From Antedon mediterranea (taxonomy: Eukaryota > Animalia > Echinodermata), in the NCBI RefSeq assembly GCF_964355755.1, contig NC_092676.1, positions 687,788 to 751,787 on the forward strand: 64,000 bases of DNA. The letters are read 5' to 3'. This document shows positions 1 through 15,400 of this stretch, in pieces. Each line of letters begins with the position of its first letter. The stretch's first letter is position 1. Position numbers and translations under genes: made by a program. The notes below the pieces were generated by a model, which searched no databases, was not told where the DNA came from, and worked only from the letters and a program-made list of their open reading frames with translations.

Positions 1-461
1 TTTCATATGAATGTTTGTATCATGTATTAATTATTTTGTTAAGGTGGCCAAATACTGTACGAGCTTTGCTCTTTTTTGGTCATCCTTCCATTTTTGCATA
101 TATTCATTACACTTGTTTATATTGGAAAATAAAAACTGAAACTGAACTGAATGACTTACGACCTGTGACCTATAAACTCAATTGATAATGAACAGTAAAT
201 TGAATTTGTGGCATACTTTTTTTTAACTTTTTAGTTTTCGAGGGATGTTCATATTTTGGGAATAATGGGTCATTTCCAAATAGAATAAAAATTGTGTTTC
301 AATTCAAGTAATATTTATTTCACATAAATTTGTACAAATTATAACAATTCTGGTTGGCAAACCAGTGAGCAGTTCAAAGCCACAAGGCACATATATTCTC
401 ATCTACCTGTCATTCCTATAATAATTCCTACTACTACTGCTAGCAATGAAACATGATTTAC

Positions 462-3400
462 CTCAAAAGAAAAGATGACATCATATGGTAGGTAATTATG
501 GAGTACAATCGGTGGGTGGATTTGTAAGGTGTACAGTGGCACTTTCTCTTTGACAATGTCTCCTTTCCGAGATGGTGACTCAGCTTCTAAAATACACTAA
601 AAGAAAGAGCAAAAACACTGTAAAACACCTCTTGATATTCTTAAAGGTGGAGATTAAAGACTTCATACATGTTTAATTTCAGATGTCTTTCACCCTAGTG
701 TGGTCTTAATGTCAGTCAGGTCAACAGAGGTTCTTGAGCTGTACTGATTTGGTGTTGGTATTGGTGGAATGTTCCTTTTGTAAGCATACAAGAATACAAG
801 ATCACATAGGAACACTACAAGCAACAAACCTACCTTAAAATTAAACCATTTTTCATCATTTATTTCAGTTTGTGATGAAAATATCTGCTGCTTTTTTACT
901 TTCAGCTTCTGCCAAACCACTGCCTCATTACACAGTGTGTACCTAAGGTATGAAGTCAAGAAAATTGAATTATTAAACTACAAAGCTTTGGGAATTCTAA
1001 TTTTGTTTAAATCAGAAATATATACAGGATTAATTGAAGTAATCAATAACAATACATACACTCTTTACATACATTCTTAATTTGTCAAAAAACATAACAA
1101 ACCACAGTCAGATAAAAAGTGCCAGAGACTAAAAAGGAACCCTCAAGCCCAAAATTAGAGAGGGGCAATAAAACTCACAAATAAACGCACAAAAAACAAC
1201 AGTAATATTATTATAAGAAATACTTGTAAATGAAACACTAGAAAGCACATACCCTTGGTCATACGGTCCAAAGAACAAACTAGCACTGTAGGCAACATCA
1301 AGGGGTAGATCCATAGTAGTATTTGGCTGTAGTACACCTAAGCTTTGCTTGCCTACTGTAGGATCGGTTGGATCCACCAGGTTGCTAGCCTTGGGTAGGT
1401 CATAGTAAACAGACATAGGTACAGCTAGGTAGTTGTGAAGCTAAAAAGATAAAAGTAGGGTATATTTTTATCTAAATACTTTCCTGTATGTTTTTGTGAT
1501 GTGACAACTTACCAGTTATAACTAAAATACTAATTCTCAGTTACTTATTTGTTTAACACACTCATTTTCGTAGTGAAAAGGTTCATCTGGATCTCTGTAT
1601 ATGATTCATAAAATTTGTCTTTTGGATGATCCAATGGAAATAAAACCGCGACACTTACGTTTTTACTTATTTTCATTTATACTCAAACTATGTTATTGCA
1701 TTAAGAAACATAAACAAATAAACTCTGACCTGTAATGGTGACCTTATCTTTAATGTTTTCTTACACCTGTTGACATCGACCTCAGCTACTACTGCATATT
1801 GTATCCCATCCTGTCATAAGTAAATAAAGTAGTTTTAATGTAGAAACAAGTTGAAGATGGAAGAGGATATAAGTATTCTAAATACATGTAATCTTTCAGT
1901 TTGAAACTGAATCACTTGTGCTGTCTGTGTACATCTCTTCTCTATTCTTCTAATTATACAGTAAAATCAGACTTACTAAAATACTTAGATAACTTACCTT
2001 AATTGGTGATAGATAGTACAATACCTCACCAACTTGATTACACTTCACATTTTGAAGCGGGTCAAACCCTTCTACCTAAAAAACAAACATATTTTAAAGT
2101 AAAGTTAAGTTTTACAGATGAGAATAATTTCAATACAATGCACGCAATATGTGTACAAATTTTGTGAAATTAATAAATGTTTATAAAATAAAAAGTAAGA
2201 AAGACATATTATGTATTCTTCTAATATTCACAAATGATTGATTTTACTGTATTTTCTTACCTCTACACAAATGGAATCAACCGGTGTTTTAGGTGTAGTA
2301 CAGTGTTTAGCTTTGAATACAATCCCATCAGTTGATTCCTCCTCCTCTTCGTCATCGTCATCATCATCATCACATTTTGGTGTTGGTGGAGCAACAGAGC
2401 GAAGCGACATGCGGATATGTGACCTAGCAGCTGAGGGCAGCAGACTAAAACAAGTGTCGCTGTATATAGAAAACACAACTAAATTAATATTCACACAATA
2501 AACTGTTTTAAAAACAAAAGATTAAAACAAAAGATTAAAAGATATTATTATTTTCCTTGAATATGAAAATGTTACAATTAAGATCATGCTTAAATTAAGC
2601 TTTATCTTACTTATCACAGTCCATGTCAGGTTCATCAGCTCCTGCATCTTCAGTTCCATCGGCAACGCTTTCTATCTTCACATTCTCACCTGATGTTATT
2701 CTCTAAAGTAATTAAATAAAATTAAATAATAAAAAAAATGTGTAGAACACAATTACATGCAAACACGAATGTGTAGTTGAATGTGTGGTTTAATTATCAT
2801 TTGTATTAAAGTTCATTTATTTTAATTCTGAAACAAAGTCCAGAATAAAAAACCATACTGTACTTAACTACTGTATATACATTTTTTCTGTAATGTACAA
2901 CTTCAACTTTTGTTATCTGTACAACGATTTCTTAGTTAAAGCTTATTTATTTACTATGGATATATTATTTAATTATGGTATTCCAAAATAAAAAGGTGAA
3001 TGATAAATGAAAGAATGATTAAAAAATAAAGACAAATATAAAACAATTTGTGTTACCTGAAGTGTTGTAGGTAGTTTGACCTTGATTGACATGTTTGTAG
3101 TGTTCTTGATAGTAAATGGCGGTTGAGAGATTTGACGTTTAACTTCCATTAAGCCTTCTGGTTTGTTTACAAACCCATCAGTTACGTTATTCATTATTTC
3201 CAAAGCAAATGGCGTCACTGATAACTCCAACGCATCTGGTGAGCTGATTATGATGTATGTTGATAATTTCTCTTTTTCTTCTACATCTTCAAAATCAATA
3301 TCATCTGTAAAGATAAAAATTTAAATAATTCAATTCTTTATTAATATATCAAATCATATCTGATAAAATTAGCATATAAAAGACAAGCAAAAAAAAAAAA

Positions 3401-6400
3401 ATAGACAACATCGTAAAGCAAAGAAGTCTTCTAAAAATAAAAATGTATGTATCAATATATGCAATGTAGTGTTTTGTAAAGTTTAAAAAACACCTGCAAA
3501 TGCCAACTGGGAATTTGGCCAATTGTTACCTACCTACAATTACCATGCATGCTAACTAACAACTACAATGTTCTTATTGTTTAACAGACTATTCTATTCT
3601 TAATTCATACATAAATCTAGTAAAATTATTACCTCGCGATTGGCTCCTACTTGATGTCAATGATGCAGCGACCTTTGACCTGCCATGCCCATCCTGTTTT
3701 GTTTTCTGTCGAGTGCCACTGTCTCCATCTGTTTCTGCATCATCTTCTGATTCGCTATCTGAAAACATGTCTGTGATGAAGTCAACTACTTTATTAAAGA
3801 AGTTTCCTTCTTCTTCCACGTCATCCTCACCGTCTTGCCCAGATACAGGGTTGAAAGTTCGGTCAGGCGCATCTGAAGGAGTACCAACATCTAAAAAAAT
3901 AATAAAAGATTTAGACAAAGTTTAAGATTTGCAAATCTATAAAAATTATTAAATTATACAACAATATAATTTACTACTGCCTGCAGATGATGAATATTCA
4001 TTAGTTATTATTTCCTACATGAATATTCATTAAATCAATTCTTATTCGCCTTATATTATTCTAATTGTTTAATGGTTTGCTGTAAGGCAAAAAATATAAT
4101 ATATTATACATTTTGGAAACTAACTTACCACTGCTAAGTAAGCTGCTACTATAGTTCCCATCCCATTCTAATTCATCATCTGGACTTGAGTCTGTCTCAC
4201 TTCCGCTGTCTGAACCCAGTATCTGTGGTATTAGTCTTGGAGCGCCATCATGCTGGTCACATGACTCAAAGGCTAGATCTGATTCATTGGTACATGTAAT
4301 AGGTTGACTTGGAGCTTGGCACATCTAAAAAGTTCAACAATCAACAAGTATAAATATAAATTCATTAAAAAAAAACCTAATTAATTAAAGGTATATTTTA
4401 TGGTAACCTCCAGCTCTAGATATTATTTTATATTGATGTATGTATGTCTAATTTTTTCTATTTCTATTCTAGGTCCTTATAATCTAATGTTATGTGTATT
4501 GTACCTTTCAGATTAAATACCTAATTTGGATAGAAACATTATTTAATGGGGAAAAAATATTTTGTCATTAAAAATACCCAACGACTATTAAAAATGGCTT
4601 ATTTTTGGCAAGTTGTACATCTTCATACAAGAAAGAAAACTATGCTTCCTGTTGTTTCAAATTACGCACCCTAACAAGAAGCTCCCATGGTCTGTAAACA
4701 CCCTCCTTTTCCATTACTGGTTCAATCAGTGGCTCCCATGTTGTTAAGCGTTCATTGTACAACCAAGCCTCAGCACTTACTTCGAACTTCAAATTCATCT
4801 AAAAGACGAGAAAAAAAACTTAAGTAGTAGTTTTATGGGTACTAGTAATATTTGGGAAAAAAAAGGTACCATTAATAATGTGGTTGGAAAATGTATTGAT
4901 TTGGTTGGTTGAAAGATCTAAAGAAGAAATTACACTGACCATTGTTGACCAGTTGGTGAGTACAGATTCCACCTTGCTTCGGACACACAGCATTGGTACA
5001 TGATCTGACCCTTGTTCAATGTCAAGGGTCAACTGAATTTGTTTAGTTTCAATGGTCAGTTTTTGCTTGATCTGCTGGGCATCCAACGGACTGAAGTCCA
5101 CTTGTGTTTGGTCACTCTCTACAAAATGGAATAAAATGAGCAATTAGGAACAATAAAGTTTAATGAGATTTTAAAATGTATTTTTTATTTATTTTTTTTA
5201 TGGACAAAATAAATGATACAAAATGTAATCATGAGGCTGCAGGTTGTAATAATACAGAACAAACAAAACACTCTATCACATGTTATAATGCCAATAACTT
5301 ACAAGCAACTATACAATTACTAAATTGTAAGCACTTCAAACTAAAGCGATGTATACATTAGCTAAAACATTTGCCACTTCATCTCAAGTGACTTGTTAGT
5401 AATGCAAATGCAGTACACAATATCTAAGTAAATTCAAACTATTTTTTTTAATATCGCACAATTAATCAGTGTCAGAGAATCTTGACTTTTTAAATTATTA
5501 ATGTTTATTTTGGCAAAAACATCCACTAGGACCTGAGAAAACACAAGAAATAAATGCCAAAAACACTTTTTTTTTATAAGTTTGTTAAAAATAAATGTTT
5601 GTTTTATCAAGGTCAAATGAAACAAAATTGTATATGTTGTTAGTGGCAATATTCAACCACACAATCACTATATAAACCTGAAAGTGTGTGTAAATAGCAA
5701 AGGTAGTTATTTTGTCTTATTGTCTACAACACTGCATATCTATAATTTCATCATTCAGTTCTCACCTTTTTGTCTTTTAACAGAGCCTACAGGATTTCAT
5801 GTAAAAAGTCAGATTATAAATTAAAAAAAATATAAATATCACCAAATAAAAAATAAGTATAAGAATTAAATACACAAAGGAATATGAGGACGTCATGTGT
5901 GAGAGATGTTTGTACGGCCTGCTTCGGCGCATGGACTATTCCATTTTCCGTTTGAGGGGTGCCCATATTGTGAATAATGGCATATGTAGAGTCTATACAG
6001 GTAGGGATCTCACGAAATAAACACAAATGTAACTATAAGAATTAAATACACAAAGGAATATGAGGACGTCATGTGTGAGAGATGTTTGTACGGCCTGCTT
6101 CGGCGCATGGACTATTCCATTTTCCGTTTGAGGGGTGCCCATATGTAGAGTCTATACAGGTAGGGATCTCACGAAATAAACAAAAATGTAAATATAAGAA
6201 ACAAACAAAATAATAAACTAAAACTAGATATTTCATCATTAATATTAATTTCTATATTAAAATATAATTTACCTTTTCGTTTGGGAAAAGCAGTTGTGAA
6301 TATTGGTTTTGGTGTCCACATATCTTCACGGCTATCATCTGAAGTCATAGATGGGCCCTTTGGCGTTTTCTAAAATAAAAAAAAAAAAAGTTTTGAATTT

Positions 6401-9400
6401 CTTAATGATGTTTTTATATAATTATTTTTTCTTTAAATTAAAGTAAATTTTCTTTCATTCATAATGTAAAAGCTTAAATTCAAATATTGATTGTATTAAG
6501 TTTAACTATTTAACTTTAATAAAATGTTTGATTTCTTTAAAGGTTAACTGGTCATTGTGAATATATATTGACTATTTTGTTTATACAAATAGCAGGTTTA
6601 TAGATATACTCACAACAGTGAATGCTCTCAGTCCATGCACTATATCTTGAATCATAAAAACAACACGTGGTGAGATACGTGTACGGACACTTGATAGATT
6701 CACACCAATCTCTTCAACACCTTGCCGGTTTAAAGTTCGATGAAAATTTAGCATACAAGGATCAAGTACCTTAAAACCAAAAAGTGGGTAATGTTTTTAA
6801 AGTTATAAAAGGCAATGACAGACCTACTTCAACATTTTTTTTTTTATGTGGTTTCTGTTGTTTATTTTGTACAGCACTTTTATCTTCTTGAAAGGCGCTT
6901 TATAAATAATGAATAATAATAATAAAATCATAAATTAAGCTATCTAAAAAGCAGATTTCTTTAAGCCTGAGAAAACCATACTTAGTAGTGTAGATCAAAA
7001 GAGTGTTAAGTTTTCAGAGAATTGGAAAAAGTACTTTGATGCTGCATTGTACCCAAGGCAATGTATAAAACATTGTTGTCTGTGCTATATATGTTATGTA
7101 CTTTGTATACAATGGGATAAAGTAACAATTAACAATATAACCTGATAAGCTGTCCTCAATGCTTGAGAGTAGATACATGAGAAAATTTGTATTTGTTGTA
7201 ACTTAGCTTCCAGTTTATCAATAGTGGACGACTGCTGGTAGTTGAGGTCACCTTCAACCTACAGTACACAATAACATTTAAACATTAGAAAACAGATACT
7301 TGAAACTAATACAAATAATGCCCAAATACAATTCTACATTATTATAATATTTAAATTACTTTGAGAATAATATTAATATAATATATTCTATTCATATACA
7401 GGTTTGTGAAAATGATTTTTGTTCATTTTTGGATTTCATACAGAGTGTTCAAATATAGAATATTAGGAAAAATGAATCTTTCATCATTGTATAGAAAAAA
7501 AACCAATTTGTTTTACCTAAAGAACATACATTTCATTTCATAATAACATTTATTTCTTATCTTTCAAAGTAAACAAAATAACAATTTATATATAAATAAT
7601 TAAGAGGCAAAACCTAGAAAGTAATAACATTTGGAGGTTTCCCTCCACTTACTTACCTGAAGCACAAGGACTTGGCTGTTCTGACTGGTAGGATCAGCAA
7701 AGAGTACAACCTCTGGTTTCTTCAATCGGCCAGTAATCTTCAGGCTCCCTTTAGAAGGTGAACTAGCCTCATTGGACACTTGCCGGTTGAGTGGCCCAGT
7801 GGGGCTAGTACTGACCTTAGTAGCCGGTGTGGCCTTGGCTATAGAACTTGACAAGAAGTTGTAGACAGCTAATAAGTAGTGGATGAAGATGTTGATGCGC
7901 ATTCCTTCTAATGCAAAATCCACTAAAAAAAAAGAATTTGAATTAAAAAAATATATGTAGAAGAAATAATGATGTAGCCTGGATAATATTTATCAGCTAT
8001 ACATTAAAACTGTACTTTACATATTAGTATTTGACTAAAATCATATTTCAAAACTTAATGACATGTTGTTAACGTTTTCCGTCTTCCGACATTACGCTTT
8101 CCACAATTTGTTTCCATTTTTTTCTGTTTATGGCAGGATGGTTTGTTATTGTGTTAGTGTCTACTAGTCAAAACTTAAATCTACTAGTATTATTGCAATT
8201 CTAAGACATATCTCTTTTTTTTTTAGATCGTTTGTATATACTGCATCTTATGTATTTTTCTTGACCTAAAACTGTGTTATATATTAATTGAAGATGTTGA
8301 AATAAATGAAAAATAAATAATTATTGATTTTTCATTTATTTCAAAATTTTCAATTAAGTACTTACAATTTCTGTTTCCAGCTGAATCTTTTGTAAATGAT
8401 ATAGTAACCATTGGTAACGCATGCACTGATTTATCCTTTGGTTCCTTGTTTCCACTTTGACCTGATTGATGGATAAGTCTACAAAAACAAAAAAATGTAT
8501 GTGTCATATTTATACATTGCGCATAATCATGTATCCATTTCTTTTTGTTTTTAGTGTTTCTGTGCTCTTGTCTCTTTTTCCATAATCTATTCAATAATAT
8601 TTACAAAATTGACTCACCTTTTAATTGCTAATGGACTGCTCCATCTGATATCTTCCAATGATATGCAGTGTATAGATGCACTGAGTTGGATTGATCCATT
8701 TTCATAAAAGGTGGCATTTCCTTCAACCTCATGCAGTTGGAATCTTGACAGTCCATCTTGCTCTTCACGCAGGAGGAGTCCTTGGCCGTTTTTCCTCTGC
8801 AAAATAGTTTAAAAAAATTACAGTACCCATTACAAATATTCAAGGTATTGTTTTAGGACTACAGTACAACATTTCACAAAACGGACAATTACATATTGTA
8901 GTGTAATTATGACATGATTACAGCTTCCTACAATTGAATTACAAATTCTGTTTTTTGATGATGTTATTAGGTACTCGCAGCAAAATGATCAAATTCAACT
9001 TATTCATTTTCAAAAACTTTAACTTTACTTACCAATCTAGGTTCGTTTGTGAACAGTTCTATTTCCATTCCTTCCATAACAAACGCCATCTTGATATTTA
9101 TAGAAGACTGTGCATCTATTGTTGCTGTGGTAACCATGACATCACTGTCTTGGCTAACACTGCTATCATCTATTACTGGTGGAGTTTTATCTGAACAAAA
9201 ATTGAGAATTTTATATAAAAAAAATGATCAAATATGTACTTAAAGGTTGATTAAAAATATGTAACAAAAGAACTATTTTGGATTGGAGCTAATATTTATA
9301 AATTCGTTTTGAGATGTTACATTACATTGTACTTACCAAGAACAACTTGTTCACTGACAGGAAATAGGTTCTCATTTAAAACAGCAAAAATGATTACAAG

Positions 9401-12400
9401 ATCATCTTCTCCAATGTTTACCTATGAAAATGATAAAGAAATAATATTGTACAACACCATTAGCAAAATTAGATTATTGCATTATTATTTGATTGTAATA
9501 TGGAAAATAACAAATTTGAAATATTATTATTACTAACAAAACATCTAAAAATTACTAAAACAACACATTATGTTTCTTTTAACTGTCAATTTTAGAAAAA
9601 AAGTAAACGCACCCAAAACCACAATTCTAATTTAGGCACTAAAGATTTCAAATTTGTCCTACTAGACCAACTAACTCGACAATTTGTGAGTTCTATAATC
9701 ACAACCTTTTTTAAACTGAAATACTCACCTTAATATTTTCCAATCGTCCAGTAATGTCAAAAGGTATGACATCACTAGGGAACGGTGCCACTGCTCTGGT
9801 AATATCTACATGAAGACTGACGGGCTCAACAATGAGACGACGAGATCCTAGCACCTGGTGTGCTCCAGTAGTAGCTCTGTAAAACATTTGAAGACTCTTT
9901 TTTAAATACAGATTTTTTACCACAACAATGAATTGCTGGTTCTTTTTGTTCAACTGTATAGCAATTTATAAGCAACTTAGTTGTATGTCATTGTAATTCA
10001 ATATTTATTGCAATCCAAATAAACAAAGCAGACAAAACCAACCAGTTACAATCTTGAAAGCTTAAGTGAAAAGAAATTGATGATGTATAATAATTTAATT
10101 TTTTGTAATGTATATTATGAATATTGAATAAATGACCTTTCAATGTTAACCTTTATTTTAAGAAGTACTTTACCTGGAGATTTGCACAGAATTCAAAGAC
10201 ACATTCATGAAATCAATCAGATAATTTGAGTTGGTAGCCATCTTGATTGTGTTCTTTATGATGAGATCACCAAGATGTACAACCAGAGTGTCTGGTGAAT
10301 GGAAGCTTTGAGGAATTAGAATCACTGGTGCACGGATGTTGATGTTCAGATTAATACGCATACCTTGCTTGGTTAATTCCTCAACCTAAAAATGTAAAGA
10401 AAAAGAAACAAGTTTAAACCAATAGCAATCAATACAGCTCAACAGGAATAAGTACTACAGGTTTACTGAATATTCAGTTTTTTTCAGTCATCAATTCAAT
10501 CATTTATTCTATATTTTACATGAACAATACAAATACACATGATCCACACACACTAGACCCAGGGGTTTGACCCACACACACTAGACCCAGGGGTTTGACC
10601 CACACACACTAGACCCAGGGGTTTGACCCACACACACTAGACCCAGGGTTTGACCCACACACACTAAACCTAGGGGTTTGACCCACACACACTAGACCCA
10701 GGGGTTTGACCCACACACACTAGACCCAGGGGTTTCCAACAGCAACCTCTTTCGATGGGAAGTATTAAAATAAGTACAGGCTCAAACATGACCTATAACA
10801 TTATTATAACAATGAAAAAAATAACAGCTTACCTGTTTTTGAACAGCTTTCTGCGATGCAACTGTTGCATTGGTTAAAACTTCAGTACTGCTAAATGGTT
10901 CAAAGAAATTCTAAAAAAAAGTAATAAAAACAATAAATTACACAAAGAACATTTACTTTTTTCTACATCAACGTTCATGTTTGAATAGGTAGTTAACTAC
11001 AAGCCAGCAGGATTAAAAAGAAAAAGAATACTTACAATAAAGTCGCGAACAAACTGATAAACAAGAACGGCTTGTACGCGTCCAACTCGAAGACGTACGC
11101 AAGCATCCACTGGAATTACATCACCACTACCCAACACCGGCAAATCTCCTTTCTTATCTCGTTTGAATAAAACTAGCTGAAAAATAAATTATATGTAATG
11201 ATTAACAACACACCAGTGTGGTAGAAAGGTAAGATACCTAAATATGCCACAAAAAAAACAGCACCAAGTGTTTTTACAAAGTATAGTAGGTTTATATGTT
11301 ATTCTGGAATTTTGCTAACATAAGCCAAAGTAACATTGCAATAAGTACCTTGGCTTCAAATGCTGTTGGGTCCTCTAGACACAAGATCTTAGTGTAAAGA
11401 TTATTTACTTCAGAGTCTTCCACCGAGAAATCCTTCAGCCTGGAAAAATGTTCATAGATGTGATAAAAAGAAATAAAGATACTGTATGTACAATATATGC
11501 AATGCAATGTTCATAGATGTGATGTTTAAAGATATGTAATACAAAATAATAAAGATGTATTTATGTGTGATACGGATGCAGAATCTCTCAAAATACCATA
11601 CATTGAAGGTAGAATTATTATTGTAAATGTTCAGTTCAGTATGCCATAGGCCACACAGAAACTAAATGCTGGTTTTTGAGAACATAAATCTTCCATTTAT
11701 CTAATGAAACGATTGTTCTTTTTATATCAACAGTTTTTATACCTTGCTCTGATTGTTGTTCTGTTTGCTTTGTCCGTCATGGACGCCTCTAGATCACGAA
11801 TAAAAAGCTTAGCCAGTGTTTGGTTTGTGTCCATAAATGACACACTAATGAAGTCCATCTTGGCCTGAATGTGTAACTTAGTCATGGCTGGTAGATAGGT
11901 TGACGAAGAAACTACAAACAAAAAATAATATTAATAATAAAAGTAGTGATTCTATTTCAAGATTTGCATCATAAATAATATAATATACATCCTATGGACA
12001 CAAGCTGAGAGCTTATAGGGTTATCCTCTTGCTTTCAACATGTCATTTGTATATGTATTTGTAATAATTGTATTTGATGAATGAGCAACAAATACAAAAA
12101 CCACAACAATAAGAAACTTGTCAATTACAGGATGGATAAACAATTTATTGTGCTTATAAATCAAGTCTCATTTGAGGTTTGGGCAGTGGATTAGAAAGAG
12201 TTGTGAGTGACACTAAGCCAGGTTGAACCCTGGACTTTAAGAATGTAAGACAAGTGTGTTAAGCACCAAGCTACAGCTCCACAACTCAATCTAATCCTCA
12301 ACATTACACTTACCATCAGTTTTTGGTGTAACTGGTACGGTGTGAGAGGTTGAGGATGCAGGCTGTACAACATGTATCTCAGGCACAGATGGCTTAGTGA

Positions 12401-15400
12401 TAGTACTACGATAAAAACAGGATATTAGTAATACAAGCAAAATATAATGTTTAGTTGTGAAGAAAAAACCCATAAATTCTAATTATTACATTATTATTGA
12501 AAAAAAAAAAAAAGTTGTGAAGAAAAAACGATCAATCCTAATTATTACAGAGTATGCAAGAGATAAGGACAGCATCTACTTATACAAAACCAAAATAATA
12601 ATAGGATCAATAGTATTCACTGTGGGGATATTGGGAAGTGTTTCTTCACTCCAAAACCTCAACACAGTTTTGCGACGACGACGACCAATGACACATCAAT
12701 TGACCTGACCTAGGTAGGTGATCGCAAATCAAAAGCTCCCTAATAATACATAAACCTCTGTAAGGCTTTACCTTTGAGTAATGTTCTGTACATATTTTCT
12801 GAGATACAGCATGGCAGTTTTGTGAAAGATAACATTTAGTGCTGTAAACTTGATAACAACAGCTTGCTCCATACCATTGTAATAAGACTGCAAGTCTGGA
12901 CATTCTGTTGATACCTGGAAAATGAAATACTCAGTTTATACAGTTGTAATGTTACCCAGAGAGGTGTGGAAAAGAGGATGGGCAGGAAGGAGAAGGATGA
13001 GGTGGGAAGGAGGAGGATGGGGTGGGAAGGAGGAGGATGGGGTGGGAAGAAGGATGGGGTGGGAAGAAGAGAGAGGGGTGGAAAGGAGAATGGGCGGGAA
13101 GGAAGAGGTTGGGTGGGAAGGAGGAGGATTGGGTGAATAATAAAACTTACTTTTCTATACAAAATAGAGATGAGTTCAGACTTAGAAGCTGAACTTACAA
13201 GATGAAGATAAGTTCCTAAAGCGCCTATAAAAATAAAAGGATTTCTTGATTACAAAATGTAACATATGATTCCAAAAATACACCAATACCTATGATATAC
13301 ACTTTGTCAAAAGGGGAAAAAATAATAGAACTAAAACCTCTTAAAAATCCTTATAAAAACACAGACAAATAAGGCCACAAAATGGCTTGCCAAAATATTA
13401 TCTATTATAAATAAGTGTAGCGTTAATCCAAATGCCAACTTTATGGCTACCAGATGTCTCTATGAAGACGGTTACTTGAACCAATACCAGTAGAAACTTA
13501 CCAACATGCAGTTTATCAATAACTTGAATTCCACCAAGACCAAACTGGAAAGCCATTCCATGTGTACTAATGGCGCCATCTACCATCAACGAATCAACAC
13601 GTAATGTTATATACTCCGTCTCCAATATGCCAGCCTCGTCAGAAGATGTACCGGAATCAACATCATCAACAGACCGCGCTTCTTTGCATGTTGAAATATT
13701 ACAGACAACCTATTAATTGTTAAAAATCAAATATTACGTACAGTGATGGGTTTGTTACACATGAGTGAGCCCTCTATAGGAGAGGGAAGAGAATGGATGT
13801 TTTATTACTGTTTATTCCATTTAATGAGTGAGCCTGTAAAAGTACCTTAACGACCTTAAGGTCATTCAATTTACAACAGAAAGGCACATGACTATTTTAA
13901 CAATCGTGGCTCAAACTTTCATGTAATGTTAGTAATAACATCAAGTTACTTAAACTTAGTAATAACATCAAGTTACTTAAACTTAGTAATAACATCAAGT
14001 TACTTAAACTTAGTAATAACATCAAGTTACTTAAACTTAGTAATAACATCAAGTTACTTAAACTTAGTAATAACATCAAGTTACTTAAACTTAGTAATAA
14101 CATCAAGTTACTTAAACTTAGTAATAACATCAAGTTACTTAAACTTAGTAATAACATCAAGTTACTTAAACTTAGTAATAACATCAAGTTACTTAAACTT
14201 AGTAATAACATCAAGTTACTTAAACTTAGTAATAACATCAAGTTACTTAAACTTAGTAATAACATCAAGTTACTTAAACTTAGTAATAACATCAAGTTAC
14301 TTAAACTTAGTAATAACATCAAGTTCTTAAACTTAGTAATAACATCAAGTTACTTAAACTTAGTAATAACATCAAGTTACTTAAACTTAGTAATAACATC
14401 AAGTTCTTAAACTTAGTAATAACATCAAGTTACTTAAACTTAGTAATAACATCAAGTTACTTAAACTTAGTAATAACATCAAGTTACTTAAACTTAGTAA
14501 TAACATCAAGTTACTTAAACTTAGTAATAACATCAAGTTCTTAAACTTAGTAATAACATCAAGTTACTTAAACTTAGTAATAACATCAAGTTACTTAAAC
14601 TTAGTAATAACATCAAGTTCTTAAACTTAGTAATAACATCAAGTTACTTAAACTTAGTAATAACATCAAGTTACTTAAACTTAGTAATAACATCAAGTTA
14701 CTTAAACTTAGTAATAACATCAAGTTACTTAAACTTAGTAATAACATCAAGTTACTTAAACTTAGTAATAACATCAAGTTACTTAAACTTAGTAATAACA
14801 TCAAGTTACTTAAACTTAGTAATAACATCAAGTTACTTAAACTTACCTCACGAATCAGAAACCTAAGTAGTATTGTTGTTCTGTTGTTATTAGAATCATT
14901 TTCACCAAAGTCCGGCACTTGGTCTTGCTTTGACCATTGGTCAATGGACTGGTCAGAGTGGTCAGAAGCAGAGTAATATACGTCAGGTGATTTAGGCTCT
15001 AATAAAATATTCAAAGAAATAGGAAATAATGAGGTAATTTATAAATATTTTAATACGATTTAAACATTTTATTTCTAAAACAGAAATAAATAAAATGAAC
15101 ATGATACCTTCTAACTTTGTAAGTGGTTGTTAAACAGAAATACCTAAAATGAACATGATACCTTCTAACTTTGTAAGTGGTTGTTAAACAGAAATACCTA
15201 AAATGAACATGATACCTTCTAACTTTGTAAGTGGTTGTTAAACAGAAATACCTAAAATGAACATGATACCTTCTAACTTTGTAAGTGGTTGTTAAACAGA
15301 AATACCTAAAATGAACATGATACCTTCTAACTTTGTAAGTGGTTGTTAAACAGAAATACCTAAAATGAACATGATACCTTCTAACTTTGTAAGTGGTTGT

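Noticed and set aside
13897-14330. Repetitive ORFs on both strands (MLLLSLSNL / LVITSSYLN)
   Set aside because: They arise from a 27-bp intronic minisatellite; frameshifted units break the frame.
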